Shown here in pieces: positions 48,961 through 57,520 of a stretch of 64,000 nucleotides of DNA (positions are counted from its first letter, which is position 1; each line of letters opens with the position of its first letter). Made by a program: the position numbers and the translations under genes. The stretch is taken from positions 248,001 to 312,000 of the IMG/VR virus record IMGVR_UViG_3300044796_000662; one strand, written 5' to 3'. The notes under the pieces were generated by a model that was not told the DNA's origin, ran no database searches, and worked only from the letters and a program-made list of their open reading frames with translations.

Positions 48961-49136
48961 TGTCGCGCCCGAGTGGAAGGAGCCGGATGCCTTTCGGCTG
49001 GATTCCATTTCCAGTGCGTCTACCATTTCGCCACTCGCCCAGGTTGTAGAGCCTTGCGGCTCAGTGGGCGAGGCAGGATTCGAACCTGCATATCCCTTGC
49101 GGGATGCTTGTGGGATCCCTCGATGAGGGCGCGACA
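48961..49136 (-). ncRNA. Circularly permuted YrlA-like RNA I
   Basis: TGTCGCGCCC/GGGCGCGACA, TCATC/CACTC loop, CACAAGC, T arm, closed acceptor, Leu-type D arm, anticodon arm. Confidence 0.8.
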
Positions 49137-49137
49137 G

Positions 49138-49210
49138 TCGGAGCGGGGAGAATCGAACTCCCGATGTGCCTGTACCCGAAACAGGTGCCCTACCACTAGG
49201 CGACGCTCCG
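49138..49210 (-). tRNA. tRNA-Pro(CGG)
   Basis: Loop TTCGGGT. Confidence 0.88.
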
Positions 49211-49294
49211 ATTGCCCCTGTAAGACCGGGGCGGGCCATGGGTGCCCAATAGGGCGGTGATGAAAGAACCGGCACTAAGGCGACCGGCGACCAG

Positions 49295-49369
49295 TTGGGG
49301 CGGGGGGAATCGAACCCTAATCCGTAGCGGGATCCAAAGGCCCGCGTCCTACCATTGGACGACGCCCCA
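49295..49369 (-). tRNA. tRNA-Gln(TTG)
   Basis: Loop CTTTGGA, 31:39 mismatch. Confidence 0.78.
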
Positions 49370-49402
49370 GCAACTTCCAAAGCAAGCAGACAAGAGGAAC
49401 AG

Positions 49403-49486
49403 TGGGCTGTCAGAGAATCGAACTCTGCGGACCTTTCGGTCCCCGCTTATCAGGCGGGTGGGTTCTACCAGCTCCACTCACAGCCC
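49403..49486 (-). tRNA. tRNA-Ile(GAT) with long variable arm
   Basis: Loop CTGATAA, GACC-GAAA-GGTC arm. Confidence 0.8.
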
Positions 49487-49493
49487 AGAACAG

Positions 49494-49567
49494 TGGGACA
49501 CCGGGGACTCGAACCCACGCGCAGAGACTTTATCAGAGTCTCCAGGGCAACCCGCCCGTCGTATCCC
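49494..49567 (-). tRNA. tRNA-Ile(GAT), atypical
   Basis: Loop CTGATAA. Confidence 0.72.
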
Positions 49568-49626
49568 AGCAAGATAGTGGCTTTCCATTACCATCGGCCC
49601 GAATCGAACGGACTCCCTACCCTTCG

Positions 49627-49712
49627 TGCACACGAGAGGACTCGAACCTCCACGACCCTTTCGGGCCACATGCACCTCAAGCATGCGCGTCTACCAGCTC
49701 CGCCACGTGTGC
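49627..49712 (-). tRNA. tRNA-Leu(GAG)
   Basis: Canonical, loop TTGAGGT. Confidence 0.93.
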
Positions 49713-49718
49713 GTTTCG

Positions 49719-49994
49719 TTACTCGTTCGCGAGCCGTGCCAGGACATGTCCATGACACGCTTTCGGGTCGCACCAGCAACCCAAAACCTTGCCTCGGAGG
49801 ACCCGCTTCGCCATCGCCACGAGGGCGGGCTGCGTCTTGATCCACTCCGTGTACCGCGCGATGGCCTCTTCGCGCGTCTCGACCTTGTACTTAGCCTTCG
49901 TGCCCTCCTTGTGCGAGAAGGGGTTGCCCCAGATCGTCGTGCGGTCGATGAGCACGTCGTAGGGCTCGCGCTTGCAGTGGACGACGAGCTTCAC
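49719..49994 (-). CDS. DUF4326-like protein
   Basis: VVHCK..YDVLIDR..WGNPF...LRGKVLGCWC.PKACHG. Confidence 0.8.
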   Translation of the reverse strand: MKLVVHCKREPYDVLIDRTTIWGNPFSHKEGTKAKYKVETREEAIARYTEWIKTQPALVAMAKRVLRGKVLGCWCDPKACHGHVLARLANE

Positions 49995-50980
49995 TCCGCA
50001 GCGACGTCCGCGGTGCGGTCCTTGGCTGTCAGGCTCAGAATCTTGCACGTCACCGCTGAACGCGTCCGATTCATCTGAGCGGCGATCACCCCACGGTCGA
50101 TGCCCTCTGCATGGAGCTGCGCAAGCTTCTGGAGGTCCACTTCTGTCCAGGGGTTCGCTTCACGCCGCTGAAGCGACGAGGCGATGCGATCAATGTCCAG
50201 GCGTTTGACGCCCCAACGACCGTGCGGAATGCCGAGCCTCTTCAAGTGCACCGTGAGGGTCTTCGGCTTGTAACCGAGGCGCTCAGCGGCGGACCGGATG
50301 GTCTCGTTGACCTGTGAGCGCTTGGCCTTGGCTTCCGCGCTCTTCTTGATGGCGTCGTCGATGTCCTTCGAGGGGATGCGCCAGACCGCGTGCTTCTTGG
50401 CCGGCGGCTGAAGCCCGCTCTCGATGAGCTGCGACTTCAACGTGTCCACGCACATGCCGCGCCGGCAAGCTGCGTCGAAGAGGGTCTCCGAGTCGCACCA
50501 TACGGACACGGCGTAGTCCACGTCCCCCGGCCGTACGATGAACACGTGGTACTTGGCCTTGCGTTCGACGAGGGAGTAGCTCGGCGAGGGCTTGATGCCC
50601 GCGTGCGCCAAGATGTTCTTCAAGGTCTCGACCATGTAGCCCGTGCGCTTTGCCGCATGGGCCATGCGCTCCCAACCGTTTGGGCAGCCGACCTTCAAGC
50701 CAAGAGTGTGCTTCGCGTACTGGTAGACGCCCGCCTTCGTGCGGTCAAGCAACTTGGCGATACGGTCAAGAGGCTCGGCGCCCCACAAGACCCGAAGACG
50801 ATCCGCCTCTTCCTGCGACCAGTGCGAGCGCTTGGTCAGACCAAGCTTGCGGGCCATCTGGTAGATGCTGCGCCTCGAACGATGAGGCAACGCCTTCTTG
50901 ATAGCCCTGTAACCCCGGCGGTACTTGAACTTGCTCTGGAGGAGTGTCTTCTCCTCCTCGGTCCAGAACGTGTAGGCCAT
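49991..50980 (-). CDS. Multi-HTH/Myb-like DNA-binding protein
   Basis: Repeated WT/SxEE...L...IA..L.RT..V units. Confidence 0.7.
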   Translation of the reverse strand: MAYTFWTEEEKTLLQSKFKYRRGYRAIKKALPHRSRRSIYQMARKLGLTKRSHWSQEEADRLRVLWGAEPLDRIAKLLDRTKAGVYQYAKHTLGLKVGCPNGWERMAHAAKRTGYMVETLKNILAHAGIKPSPSYSLVERKAKYHVFIVRPGDVDYAVSVWCDSETLFDAACRRGMCVDTLKSQLIESGLQPPAKKHAVWRIPSKDIDDAIKKSAEAKAKRSQVNETIRSAAERLGYKPKTLTVHLKRLGIPHGRWGVKRLDIDRIASSLQRREANPWTEVDLQKLAQLHAEGIDRGVIAAQMNRTRSAVTCKILSLTAKDRTADVAAE

Positions 50981-51002
50981 CGACTAGAAGCCGTACACCA
51001 TG

Positions 51003-51257
51003 TCACTCGTCGGGATGAGAGGATTCGAACCTCCGACCCCCTGGTCCCGAACCAGGTGCGCTACCAGACTGCGCTACATCCCGTTGCTTCAGCATCTTCG
51101 CGTACCGCTTCTCGCGGTCCCTCACCGTAACCTTGCCAACCCCAAGCGCGTTGGCGATGAACCAGGTCTGCGAACCGTCCGCCCGCATCTGCGCCACCTG
51201 CTTGCAGAAGCGCTCCAGTTCCTCGTCCGACAGGTTGCGGTTGTCAATCGACGCCAT
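51003..51257 (-). CDS. Small HTH protein (3' end overlaps tRNA-Pro)
   Basis: G.SQTWFIANALGVGKVTVR. Confidence 0.5.
   Translation of the reverse strand: MASIDNRNLSDEELERFCKQVAQMRADGSQTWFIANALGVGKVTVRDREKRYAKMLKQRDVAQSGSAPGSGPGGRRFESSHPDE
51010..51083 (-). tRNA. tRNA-Pro(CGG)
   Basis: Canonical, loop TTCGGGA. Confidence 0.93.
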
Positions 51258-51279
51258 GACCCCCTAGCCTATCACACAG

Positions 51280-51352
51280 TGCGGCCTTCCGGAATCGAAC
51301 CGGCATGGTCCGTGTTTCAAACGGATGCAATCACCAGACTTGCTCAGGCCGC
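51280..51352 (-). tRNA. tRNA-Phe(GAA)
   Basis: Loop TTGAAAC. Confidence 0.82.
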
Positions 51353-51353
51353 G

Positions 51354-51424
51354 TTGCGGGCCGGGGAGTCGCGCCCCGTCAGGCTGGCTTATGAGACCGA
51401 CCCAGCATCTCCGCTTGCCCCGCG
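51354..51424 (-). pseudogene. Degenerate tRNA(CAT)
   Basis: Loop CTCATAA, non-canonical T loop CGCGACT. Confidence 0.45.
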
Positions 51425-51425
51425 G

Positions 51426-51498
51426 TGGTCACGGAGGGACTCGAACCCCCGACGCACTGCTCTTCAGGCAGTCGCTCTACCAACTGAGCTACGCGACC
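51426..51498 (-). tRNA. tRNA-Phe(GAA)
   Basis: Canonical, loop CTGAAGA. Confidence 0.92.
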
Positions 51499-51514
51499 AT
51501 GTTTTTCGTGAACG

Positions 51515-52018
51515 TCAGGTTGTCGGTGGCTCCTCGGGAGGAGGCAACGACAGCGTGTGAACTTGCTCTACCGGAACCCCGAGCATCGCTGCGATCTGCT
51601 CTCGTTCGCTCTGACCCACGGCGGGCTCGGCCACCTTGGGCGGCTCCTCTTCCTCCCACTTGATGTCCCCGGTCTCGTTGACCTTGACGATGCAGGCCCA
51701 GCATCCCCGCATGTCCTTGTCGAAGATGTAGCCGGGCGCTTCAGTCGAGTGCGTGTGCAGCTTGCGCCAGGCTTCCCACTGCCCGCCCGCCTCAACCATC
51801 TCGTGGTGGTCGAAGCCGTCGATGCCCTTGAGCAGGAAGCGGTTGTTCATGCCGAGGATACGGGCGAAGTCCCTGTTCTTCGCCTTGACGCGCACCGTAC
51901 CAGCGCGGGGGTCAAGCCACCGTGCCTGCGTGTTGCCGCAGCGGCAGACCGTCCAACCGCACTCGGGGTCAAGGGCTCGGATGTCGAGGCACTTCGCGCA
52001 GAGCAGAGCTTTCGTCAT
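51515..52018 (-). CDS. Hypothetical Zn-binding protein
   Basis: CAKC...CRCG; GGTGTA 10 nt upstream. Confidence 0.65.
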   Translation of the reverse strand: MTKALLCAKCLDIRALDPECGWTVCRCGNTQARWLDPRAGTVRVKAKNRDFARILGMNNRFLLKGIDGFDHHEMVEAGGQWEAWRKLHTHSTEAPGYIFDKDMRGCWACIVKVNETGDIKWEEEEPPKVAEPAVGQSEREQIAAMLGVPVEQVHTLSLPPPEEPPTT

Positions 52019-52035
52019 GCCCTCGCTCTACACCA

Positions 52036-52485
52036 AAAGCGGAACCCCGGAGAGTAGCCTTCCCCGGGGTCCCTTTGTGCGACTTGCGCCGCTCGTCTTT
52101 TTAGGGTGACCACTGGCGTTTAAGGTCGGCAGTGAGTCCTGAGCCTCTAGTGTCCTGTCGCTAGACGACCGCCCTGTAGGTGTTGCGTAGCTGCGCGAGG
52201 CAGCAGCAGGGTGGGCGGGATTCAAACCCGCGTCCTAGAGAATTGTTGCCTTCCGTTCGATTGGCCTCCCGACGATGTTGCTGAGTCTGGAGTAGTAGTC
52301 TCAGGCTGAGCCGCGCTACGGGTTGCGTCTGCCAATTTCGCCACCCCCGTGTTGTCAGGTCCAGCCTTTACGGCCGGGCCTTGCACCCTGCGGTGCAGTA
52401 CGGGGGGAAGGATTCGAACCTTCAGCTTTCGCCGTCGCGCTAGATGAGTCTGAATCTGAGTCTGAGCTTGAACTCCACTCTTGTC
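52036..52485 (-). ncRNA. ~450-nt RNA with two tandem permuted tRNA-like domains
   Basis: Two T arm > acceptor > D arm units, (A/G)CTCAG repeats, own GGTGTA at 52487-52492, terminal hairpin plus T tract. Confidence 0.72.
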
Positions 52486-52499
52486 TTACACCGCCGAGG

Positions 52500-53252
52500 T
52501 CACGGCGCGAAGACGAAATCGAAGATGGGCTTGCCGGCGGACAGATCCTTCGGCACGTCGTGGCTGTTGGCGGTCTCCTTGGCCTGCTTGACCGCGTGCT
52601 GGAGCTTCTCGATCCGAGCGAGCAGGAGATCCTTCTGGTCCATCGGCATCGCCCCGGAATACTTGATGGTCTTCCAGGTGCCGGTGATCTTGTCCTCCGT
52701 AATGAGCTGGACCTGCGCCGGGTGCTCCTTCGAGCCCGGGTGCATCACGAGAGGCACCTGGAGCTTCTTCGTGCGGACCGTCTCGGTCGGCTGCGTCGCG
52801 TAGAGGCTCTGCTCCTTGTCGAGCGTCCACTTCTCGGCCGGGTCGAGCGTCGGCATCTTCTTGACCTCCGTGTAGAGGTCGTCGAGCTGGTGCCCGAGCC
52901 AGAGCAGGTACGTGACCGGGGCATCCTTCAGGATCGTCTTGCCCTCCACGACCACGTCCGCCTTCGCGGAGCAGTTCGTGACGTCGCGCTGGAAGGTCAT
53001 GTCGAACAGCTCGGTCTGCTCCTTCTGAATGGTCTTCAGGAGGACGGCCGTGTTCTGCTGGACGTTCTGGCGCTCGTCCGGCAGCATCTCGTGCAGGTTC
53101 GACTCCGGGTTCGCGTCGCGAGCCGACCACGTCTTCACGTGGCCGCTGAAAAGCGCCGGCTTCTGGAACGTGTGGTAGATGGCGGTCAGCTTCTCGGCCA
53201 CCTTCGTCTTGAGGCCCGACTCGATGGCAAGAACGTGATGCAGCTTCGACAT
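52500..53252 (-). CDS. Uncharacterised coiled-coil protein
   Basis: MSKLHHVLAIE...TNCSAKADVVVEG...LLARIEKLQHAVKQAKETAN. Confidence 0.8.
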   Translation of the reverse strand: MSKLHHVLAIESGLKTKVAEKLTAIYHTFQKPALFSGHVKTWSARDANPESNLHEMLPDERQNVQQNTAVLLKTIQKEQTELFDMTFQRDVTNCSAKADVVVEGKTILKDAPVTYLLWLGHQLDDLYTEVKKMPTLDPAEKWTLDKEQSLYATQPTETVRTKKLQVPLVMHPGSKEHPAQVQLITEDKITGTWKTIKYSGAMPMDQKDLLLARIEKLQHAVKQAKETANSHDVPKDLSAGKPIFDFVFAP

Positions 53253-53325
53253 GGTGGTCTCCGATCCGATTTGGGTCTGTGGGTCAGTAGTACACCGGAC
53301 CCCCACCCCTTCAGGACCGTCAACG

Positions 53326-53400
53326 TGGTACCCCGTGCGAGAATCGAACTCGCGTTCCGAGATTGAAAGTCTCGTAGCCTGCCACTAGCGTGAACGGGGC
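53326..53400 (-). tRNA. tRNA-Glu(TTC)
   Basis: Loop CTTTCAA, CCA. Confidence 0.85.
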
Positions 53401-53448
53401 GAAAATAGCTGGCCTGAAGCGGTTGGGGTTCGGTGTTCAATAAGGGTA

Positions 53449-53847
53449 ATGTCCGTCCTGCTCCGGTTGCCCCTCTACATCGAGCCCGCCCTTGCACTCG
53501 TTCCCACGCCGACCCCCGAGCCGGCCGAGGAAGACCTCACGTGGCCCGAGGGTGAGGAACCCGTGCGGCCAAGGACCCGCGGCGAGTGCGAGGATGCCCC
53601 GCGCCCGTGCCCGTGGGTCTCGTGCAAGCAGCACCTCTTCTGGGAATACCTGAAGCACCATCCGGAGGCGACGGTCGAAACGATGAAGCACTCGTGCGTG
53701 CTGGACATCGCCGACGAGGGCGGCATGACCCTGGAAGATGTCGGCGAGATCTTCGGGCTCACCCGAGAGCGCATCCGACAGCTCGAAACCGATGCCCTGC
53801 GGAAGCTCAAGAAGCGCCCGCAGTTGATGCAGTACCGGGCCGAGTAG
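53449..53847 (+). CDS. Sigma70 region-4 HTH protein with Cys cluster
   Basis: RPCPWVSCKQHL...TLEDVGEIFGLTRERIRQLE..ALRKL. Confidence 0.82.
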   Translation: MSVLLRLPLYIEPALALVPTPTPEPAEEDLTWPEGEEPVRPRTRGECEDAPRPCPWVSCKQHLFWEYLKHHPEATVETMKHSCVLDIADEGGMTLEDVGEIFGLTRERIRQLETDALRKLKKRPQLMQYRAE

Positions 53848-53920
53848 TGCTCTCACGGGGGGTCGAACCCGCGTTTTCCTGGTTGAGAACCAAGCGTCCT
53901 AGCCGGTAGACGATGAGAGC
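53848..53920 (-). tRNA. tRNA-Glu(CTC)
   Basis: Loop TTCTCAA. Confidence 0.88.
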
Positions 53921-53927
53921 ATGTGCA

Positions 53928-54066
53928 CGGTTGTGAGCTTCACACCGGGGGACGGACTCGAACCGCCCACCAGAAGCCCGTGCAACTCGGTCCCTAACGC
54001 CAGGGTCCTACTATGCACGGGGCGTTACCCTCTGGCGCCCAAGCCCCAGTGGGAAGCCCACAACCG
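53928..54066 (-). ncRNA. tRNA-like RNA with ~22-bp extended acceptor and long central arm
   Basis: CGGTTGTGGGCTTC/GAAGCTCACAACCG plus CACTGGGG/CCCCGGTG; T arm GGCGG-TTCGAGT-CCGTC. Confidence 0.6.
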
Positions 54067-54070
54067 TCAG

Positions 54071-54142
54071 AGCCGGAGAAGGGAATCGAACCCTCTGCGA
54101 CCTCCTTACGAAAGAGGTGCCCCGCCATGGGGCCTCACCGGC
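54071..54142 (-). tRNA. tRNA-Thr(CGT)
   Basis: Loop TTCGTAA. Confidence 0.82.
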
Positions 54143-54416
54143 AGAAGCAGACCACCGTCGTCACAACGACGGCAAAGAGACCGACGACCAACCGCCAGTC
54201 CGGAGGGAGCGGCGCCTGATATGCGGCAGGCAAGAGAGCGAAGTTGAAGTCGAGGGTCACGTTTCCACGTCCTTGCAGTTGCGGCCGTTCTCGGCCGTGA
54301 TCTCGTCCCACTCCTCGTCGAGGGACTTGATCCAGTTCTTGATGGTCGTCCAGAGCTTGGCGAAGATGTTCATGCCCTGGGGCATCAACTGAAACGTCAA
54401 GATGACGACCACGTAG

Positions 54417-54500
54417 CGTACGGGGCAGGATTCGAACCTGCGATGGGTGTTACCCCGGTCGGTTAACGGCCGACTGCCTTGGCCTCTAGGCTACCCGCAC
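54417..54500 (-). tRNA. tRNA-Asn(GTT), C33 and long variable arm
   Basis: Loop CCGTTAA. Confidence 0.8.
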
Positions 54501-54501
54501 A

Positions 54502-54576
54502 TGGCTGCACCCGCAGGACTCGAACCTGCATCTTATCCGTTAACAGCGGAGCGCACGGCCATTGTGCTAGGGTGCA
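54502..54576 (-). tRNA. tRNA-Asn(GTT)
   Basis: Loop CTGTTAA, GCCA. Confidence 0.87.
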
Positions 54577-54922
54577 AAAATGAGATGGGTGCGCCTCCCC
54601 TTGCGGTTTGGCGCACCCGTCCCCGAAACGACCAAGCCTTGACCCCGAAGGGCCTCAGCTCGCCCGTTTCCACGAAACGAACAGGAGCGGATGTCATGCC
54701 TGCGGATGCGGATTGGTGGTCCACACTCTTGAGCACCACTTGACCCCACCTGTCTTATCGGTGGTAGAGAGCCAGTAAGGCGCCGCTTTTCCACGCATTA
54801 GGCTCAAAACTTCTGGGCCCAACCGTGGTGGAGATGAGGGGCTCTCGGTGCGAACCGGGGCCTTTCATCAGTCCCTGCTAAATTGTCAATGAACGGAGAC
54901 GCCCCGAAGGGCGGCTCGTTAG

Positions 54923-54994
54923 ATCCAGGAGGGGGAGTTGAACCCACCGTAGCGAGTTTCAGAGTCTCGCGTCCTACCGTTGGACGATCCTGGA
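54923..54994 (-). tRNA. tRNA-Gln(CTG)
   Basis: Loop CTCTGAA. Confidence 0.8.
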
Positions 54995-55045
54995 ACAGCG
55001 ATGCCGTCTTCTGATTCGATCTGATCTGGGTACTGCTTGACCTAG

Positions 55046-55117
55046 TGCGCCCGGAGGGACTTGAACCCTCACTTCAACGGGTAAGAGCCGCGTATGCTGC
55101 ATTGACATCACAGGCGC
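55046..55117 (-). tRNA. tRNA-Lys(CTT)
   Basis: Loop CTCTTAC. Confidence 0.78.
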
Positions 55118-55125
55118 ATTGACTG

Positions 55126-55198
55126 TGGGAGGCACGGGAGTTGAACCCGCATCTTGGGACTTAAAAGGAACCTGCTCTACCGATTGAGCTAACCTCCC
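55126..55198 (-). tRNA. tRNA-Lys(TTT), weak anticodon stem
   Basis: Loop CTTTTAA. Confidence 0.78.
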
Positions 55199-55249
55199 AG
55201 CGACGTGGTAGGGCAGGTCTGTTTGAGTTGAGTGTGCATGGTCTTGTGT

Positions 55250-55336
55250 TGGTGGAGCCGTGCGGAATCGAACCGCCTAGCGCAGAGGCCCGACGTTTAC
55301 AGCGTCAGTCGCCTTCCAAGGACGAACCCCGACTCC
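55250..55336 (-). tRNA. tRNA-Tyr(GTA)
   Basis: Loop CTGTAAA, long variable arm, CCA. Confidence 0.82.
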
Positions 55337-55473
55337 AGAGGGGATATGGAGGATCGGAGTTCTGATAGCTCTCTCGGTTCATCATCGGATACACGTCTCC
55401 TGTGATTCCAAGGAACACGCCGGGCAGATCCCGAGCGTCGGATTCCTCAGATTCGCGAATTTTTCGAGCCCTG

Positions 55474-55667
55474 AAACGACGAAGGCCGCCACCGGGGTTC
55501 CCGGGGCGGCCTTTTGCACGAGCACTTGCTCGGCTTCGGACCGCCCCTTACTCTCCCACCTCCGGCTTGGCTTGATTCAAGGAGGTGGGATATGCGGGCG
55601 TGTGGAGAATCTGGGCGAACTGGAGGGTCTGATCGACGCTACCGCGCAGAACGCAAGATCCCGCCAT
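55474..55667 (-). promoter_or_regulatory. Putative leader-peptide attenuator ahead of tRNA array
   Basis: 39-aa uORF 55548-55667; GGGGCGGTC immediately after the stop is complementary to the terminator 5' arm; terminator 55474-55513. Confidence 0.55.
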
Positions 55668-55827
55668 CGCCTTGAGCGATTTGGCAGACCTTGATTCGAG
55701 CGACCAGCGTGTAGACACAGCGTTCTCCGTTGCACCGTGATGGTGCGTTGACTCTTGCTTGTATACGGGCACCACGAAAAGCGCGCAAGGACTTTTCTTG
55801 ACCCTCGCGCATTTTCTCCCGCACCTT

Positions 55828-56493
55828 TCACGCGGGGGTCGGGAAGACGGGCGCGACGGGCGACCCGGCCGCGAGCTGCACGATGGTGATCCCGGTCACG
55901 TTCGGGAACGGCGAGAGTGCGGCGAGGCTGATGCCCACGCCGAGTTCGAGAGCCACTGGCAGGAACGGCGTCCACGCCGTGGTCGGGCTGGTGGTGAACG
56001 GCACGCTGGTTCCGTTGACCGTGAGCGACACGTACGGCTTCCGCGCGTCCCACGAGAACACAATGATCGCCGGGGTACCCGCGACGCCGGCGGCACCGCT
56101 CGGAACGGCCGCTGCGACCAAGTTGCCATAGATGTCCGTGATCTTCGCGCCGACGCGGTTCGAAGAGTCGAGGTAGATGCCGCAGTACCCGAGCGGCGTC
56201 GAGGCGTTGTCCACCGAGAACGCGAGCGAGTACGCCGTGCCCGCGGTCGGCAGAATGACCTGCGCGTTCATGATCCCGCAGACGCCACCGTAGGCTTGGG
56301 GGACATTGAGCGAGGTGAGGTCTGTCTCACCAAGACCTCGGCGGATCAGCGAACCGCCCATGTTCTTCTGAACCGGGGCCACGGTGTAGGGGGTGGCTGC
56401 CTGTCCAACACCGCGCAGAGTCGGACCTGCCGAAACCGTGGGCCAGTTGGGCAGCGCGAGGAACCCTGCCGGGGAGATGATGAAATCGGACAT
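55828..56493 (-). CDS. Beta-rich (LamG-like) possible virion protein
   Basis: G/A/T/V-rich, IVFSWD...LTVNG; SD GAGGAG. Confidence 0.55.
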   Translation of the reverse strand: MSDFIISPAGFLALPNWPTVSAGPTLRGVGQAATPYTVAPVQKNMGGSLIRRGLGETDLTSLNVPQAYGGVCGIMNAQVILPTAGTAYSLAFSVDNASTPLGYCGIYLDSSNRVGAKITDIYGNLVAAAVPSGAAGVAGTPAIIVFSWDARKPYVSLTVNGTSVPFTTSPTTAWTPFLPVALELGVGISLAALSPFPNVTGITIVQLAAGSPVAPVFPTPA

Positions 56494-56545
56494 GTCGGTC
56501 TCCTCTACCTGGGAGGACATAAGGTTCTTTTGCGGCGCACGAGGT

Positions 56546-57196
56546 GTGAACCCCTACGACGTTCCGGCGCCTGACTCGGTGGAGGAGGTGCGCAAGCTCC
56601 TCATCGAAGCCTCGCAACCCTCCTCCACCAAGACCGCCGCCGAAGCTCCGCGCTTCACGTGCCGCGTGTTCAACAGCCCGTGGGATCAGTTCGTCGAGCT
56701 GTGGGCTCCCCGCATCTACGCGTTCGTCGGCCACGCCCTCGGACCCTACGGCAAGACCCCCTTGCCCGAGATCAAGCGGATGCCCGACGCGGAGCACACC
56801 TCCGGCGCAACCGCCAGCTTCCAACCGGACACCGGCCAAGTCCGACTCTCAACCTCCGTTGAGGGCAAGGCAGGCCAAACGTTGGAGAAGCTCACCCACG
56901 AGTTCACGCACGGCTCCCTCGCCCTGTTCCCCGAGGGCGACGCCTTCTACGAGGAAGGCTTCGTGGACTACAGCGTGTGGGTCATGGCACACGCTCCCGC
57001 CTGGGAGCCCTACCGCGATCAGATGATCGAGGCCGCTGCCTTCAACATCACCATGCGCCGCGAGCGCGCGATGATGGACATGTCGGACTGGGATCGCAAG
57101 CGTTGGGCTGGCGGGCTCTACGCTAGCCTCTCGCGTGGCCCGCTCGTGATCGCGAGCCTCAAGCAGCGCAAGATGGAAGGCACGCTCTACTGGTAA
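56546..57196 (+). CDS. HExxH zinc metallopeptidase-like
   Basis: LTHEFTHG...YEEGF. Confidence 0.7.
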   Translation: MNPYDVPAPDSVEEVRKLLIEASQPSSTKTAAEAPRFTCRVFNSPWDQFVELWAPRIYAFVGHALGPYGKTPLPEIKRMPDAEHTSGATASFQPDTGQVRLSTSVEGKAGQTLEKLTHEFTHGSLALFPEGDAFYEEGFVDYSVWVMAHAPAWEPYRDQMIEAAAFNITMRRERAMMDMSDWDRKRWAGGLYASLSRGPLVIASLKQRKMEGTLYW

Positions 57197-57270
57197 CCCT
57201 CACGGACGATCTCTGGCGTGAGATCGAAGCACACACCGCCGAGCGCGTCCTCGCGCACACGGGCTGGTGT

Positions 57271-57519
57271 GTGTATATACTGCACGGCGTCGAGAAGGAC
57301 ACCCTCTACACGGGGATCTCGAACCGTATCGCCTTCCGCGTGCGTGCTCACAACACCGGCAAGGGCGCGCGGTATACACGCACAGGCGGACCCTGGAAGG
57401 TCGTCTTCCTCCTGCCGGTCGCCTCGAAGAGCGAGGCACTCAAGACCGAGTGGCGCATCAAGCAGATGCCCCGAACTGAGAAGCTCAGGATCATTCAGCA
57501 ACGCGCCGTGGACGGGTGA
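57271..57519 (+). CDS. GIY-YIG nuclease
   Basis: YIL...LYTG...R..HN.GKGARYT...EALKTE..IK. Confidence 0.85.
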   Translation: MYILHGVEKDTLYTGISNRIAFRVRAHNTGKGARYTRTGGPWKVVFLLPVASKSEALKTEWRIKQMPRTEKLRIIQQRAVDG

Positions 57520-57520
57520 C

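Noticed and set aside
49575-49622. Isolated T-arm-like hairpin
   Set aside because: No D arm or convincing cloverleaf; probably a remnant.
52440-52475. Short CTCAG repeats as a CRISPR array
   Set aside because: Only 5-6-nt units with no spacers and no cas genes; no CRISPR array was seen anywhere in the window.
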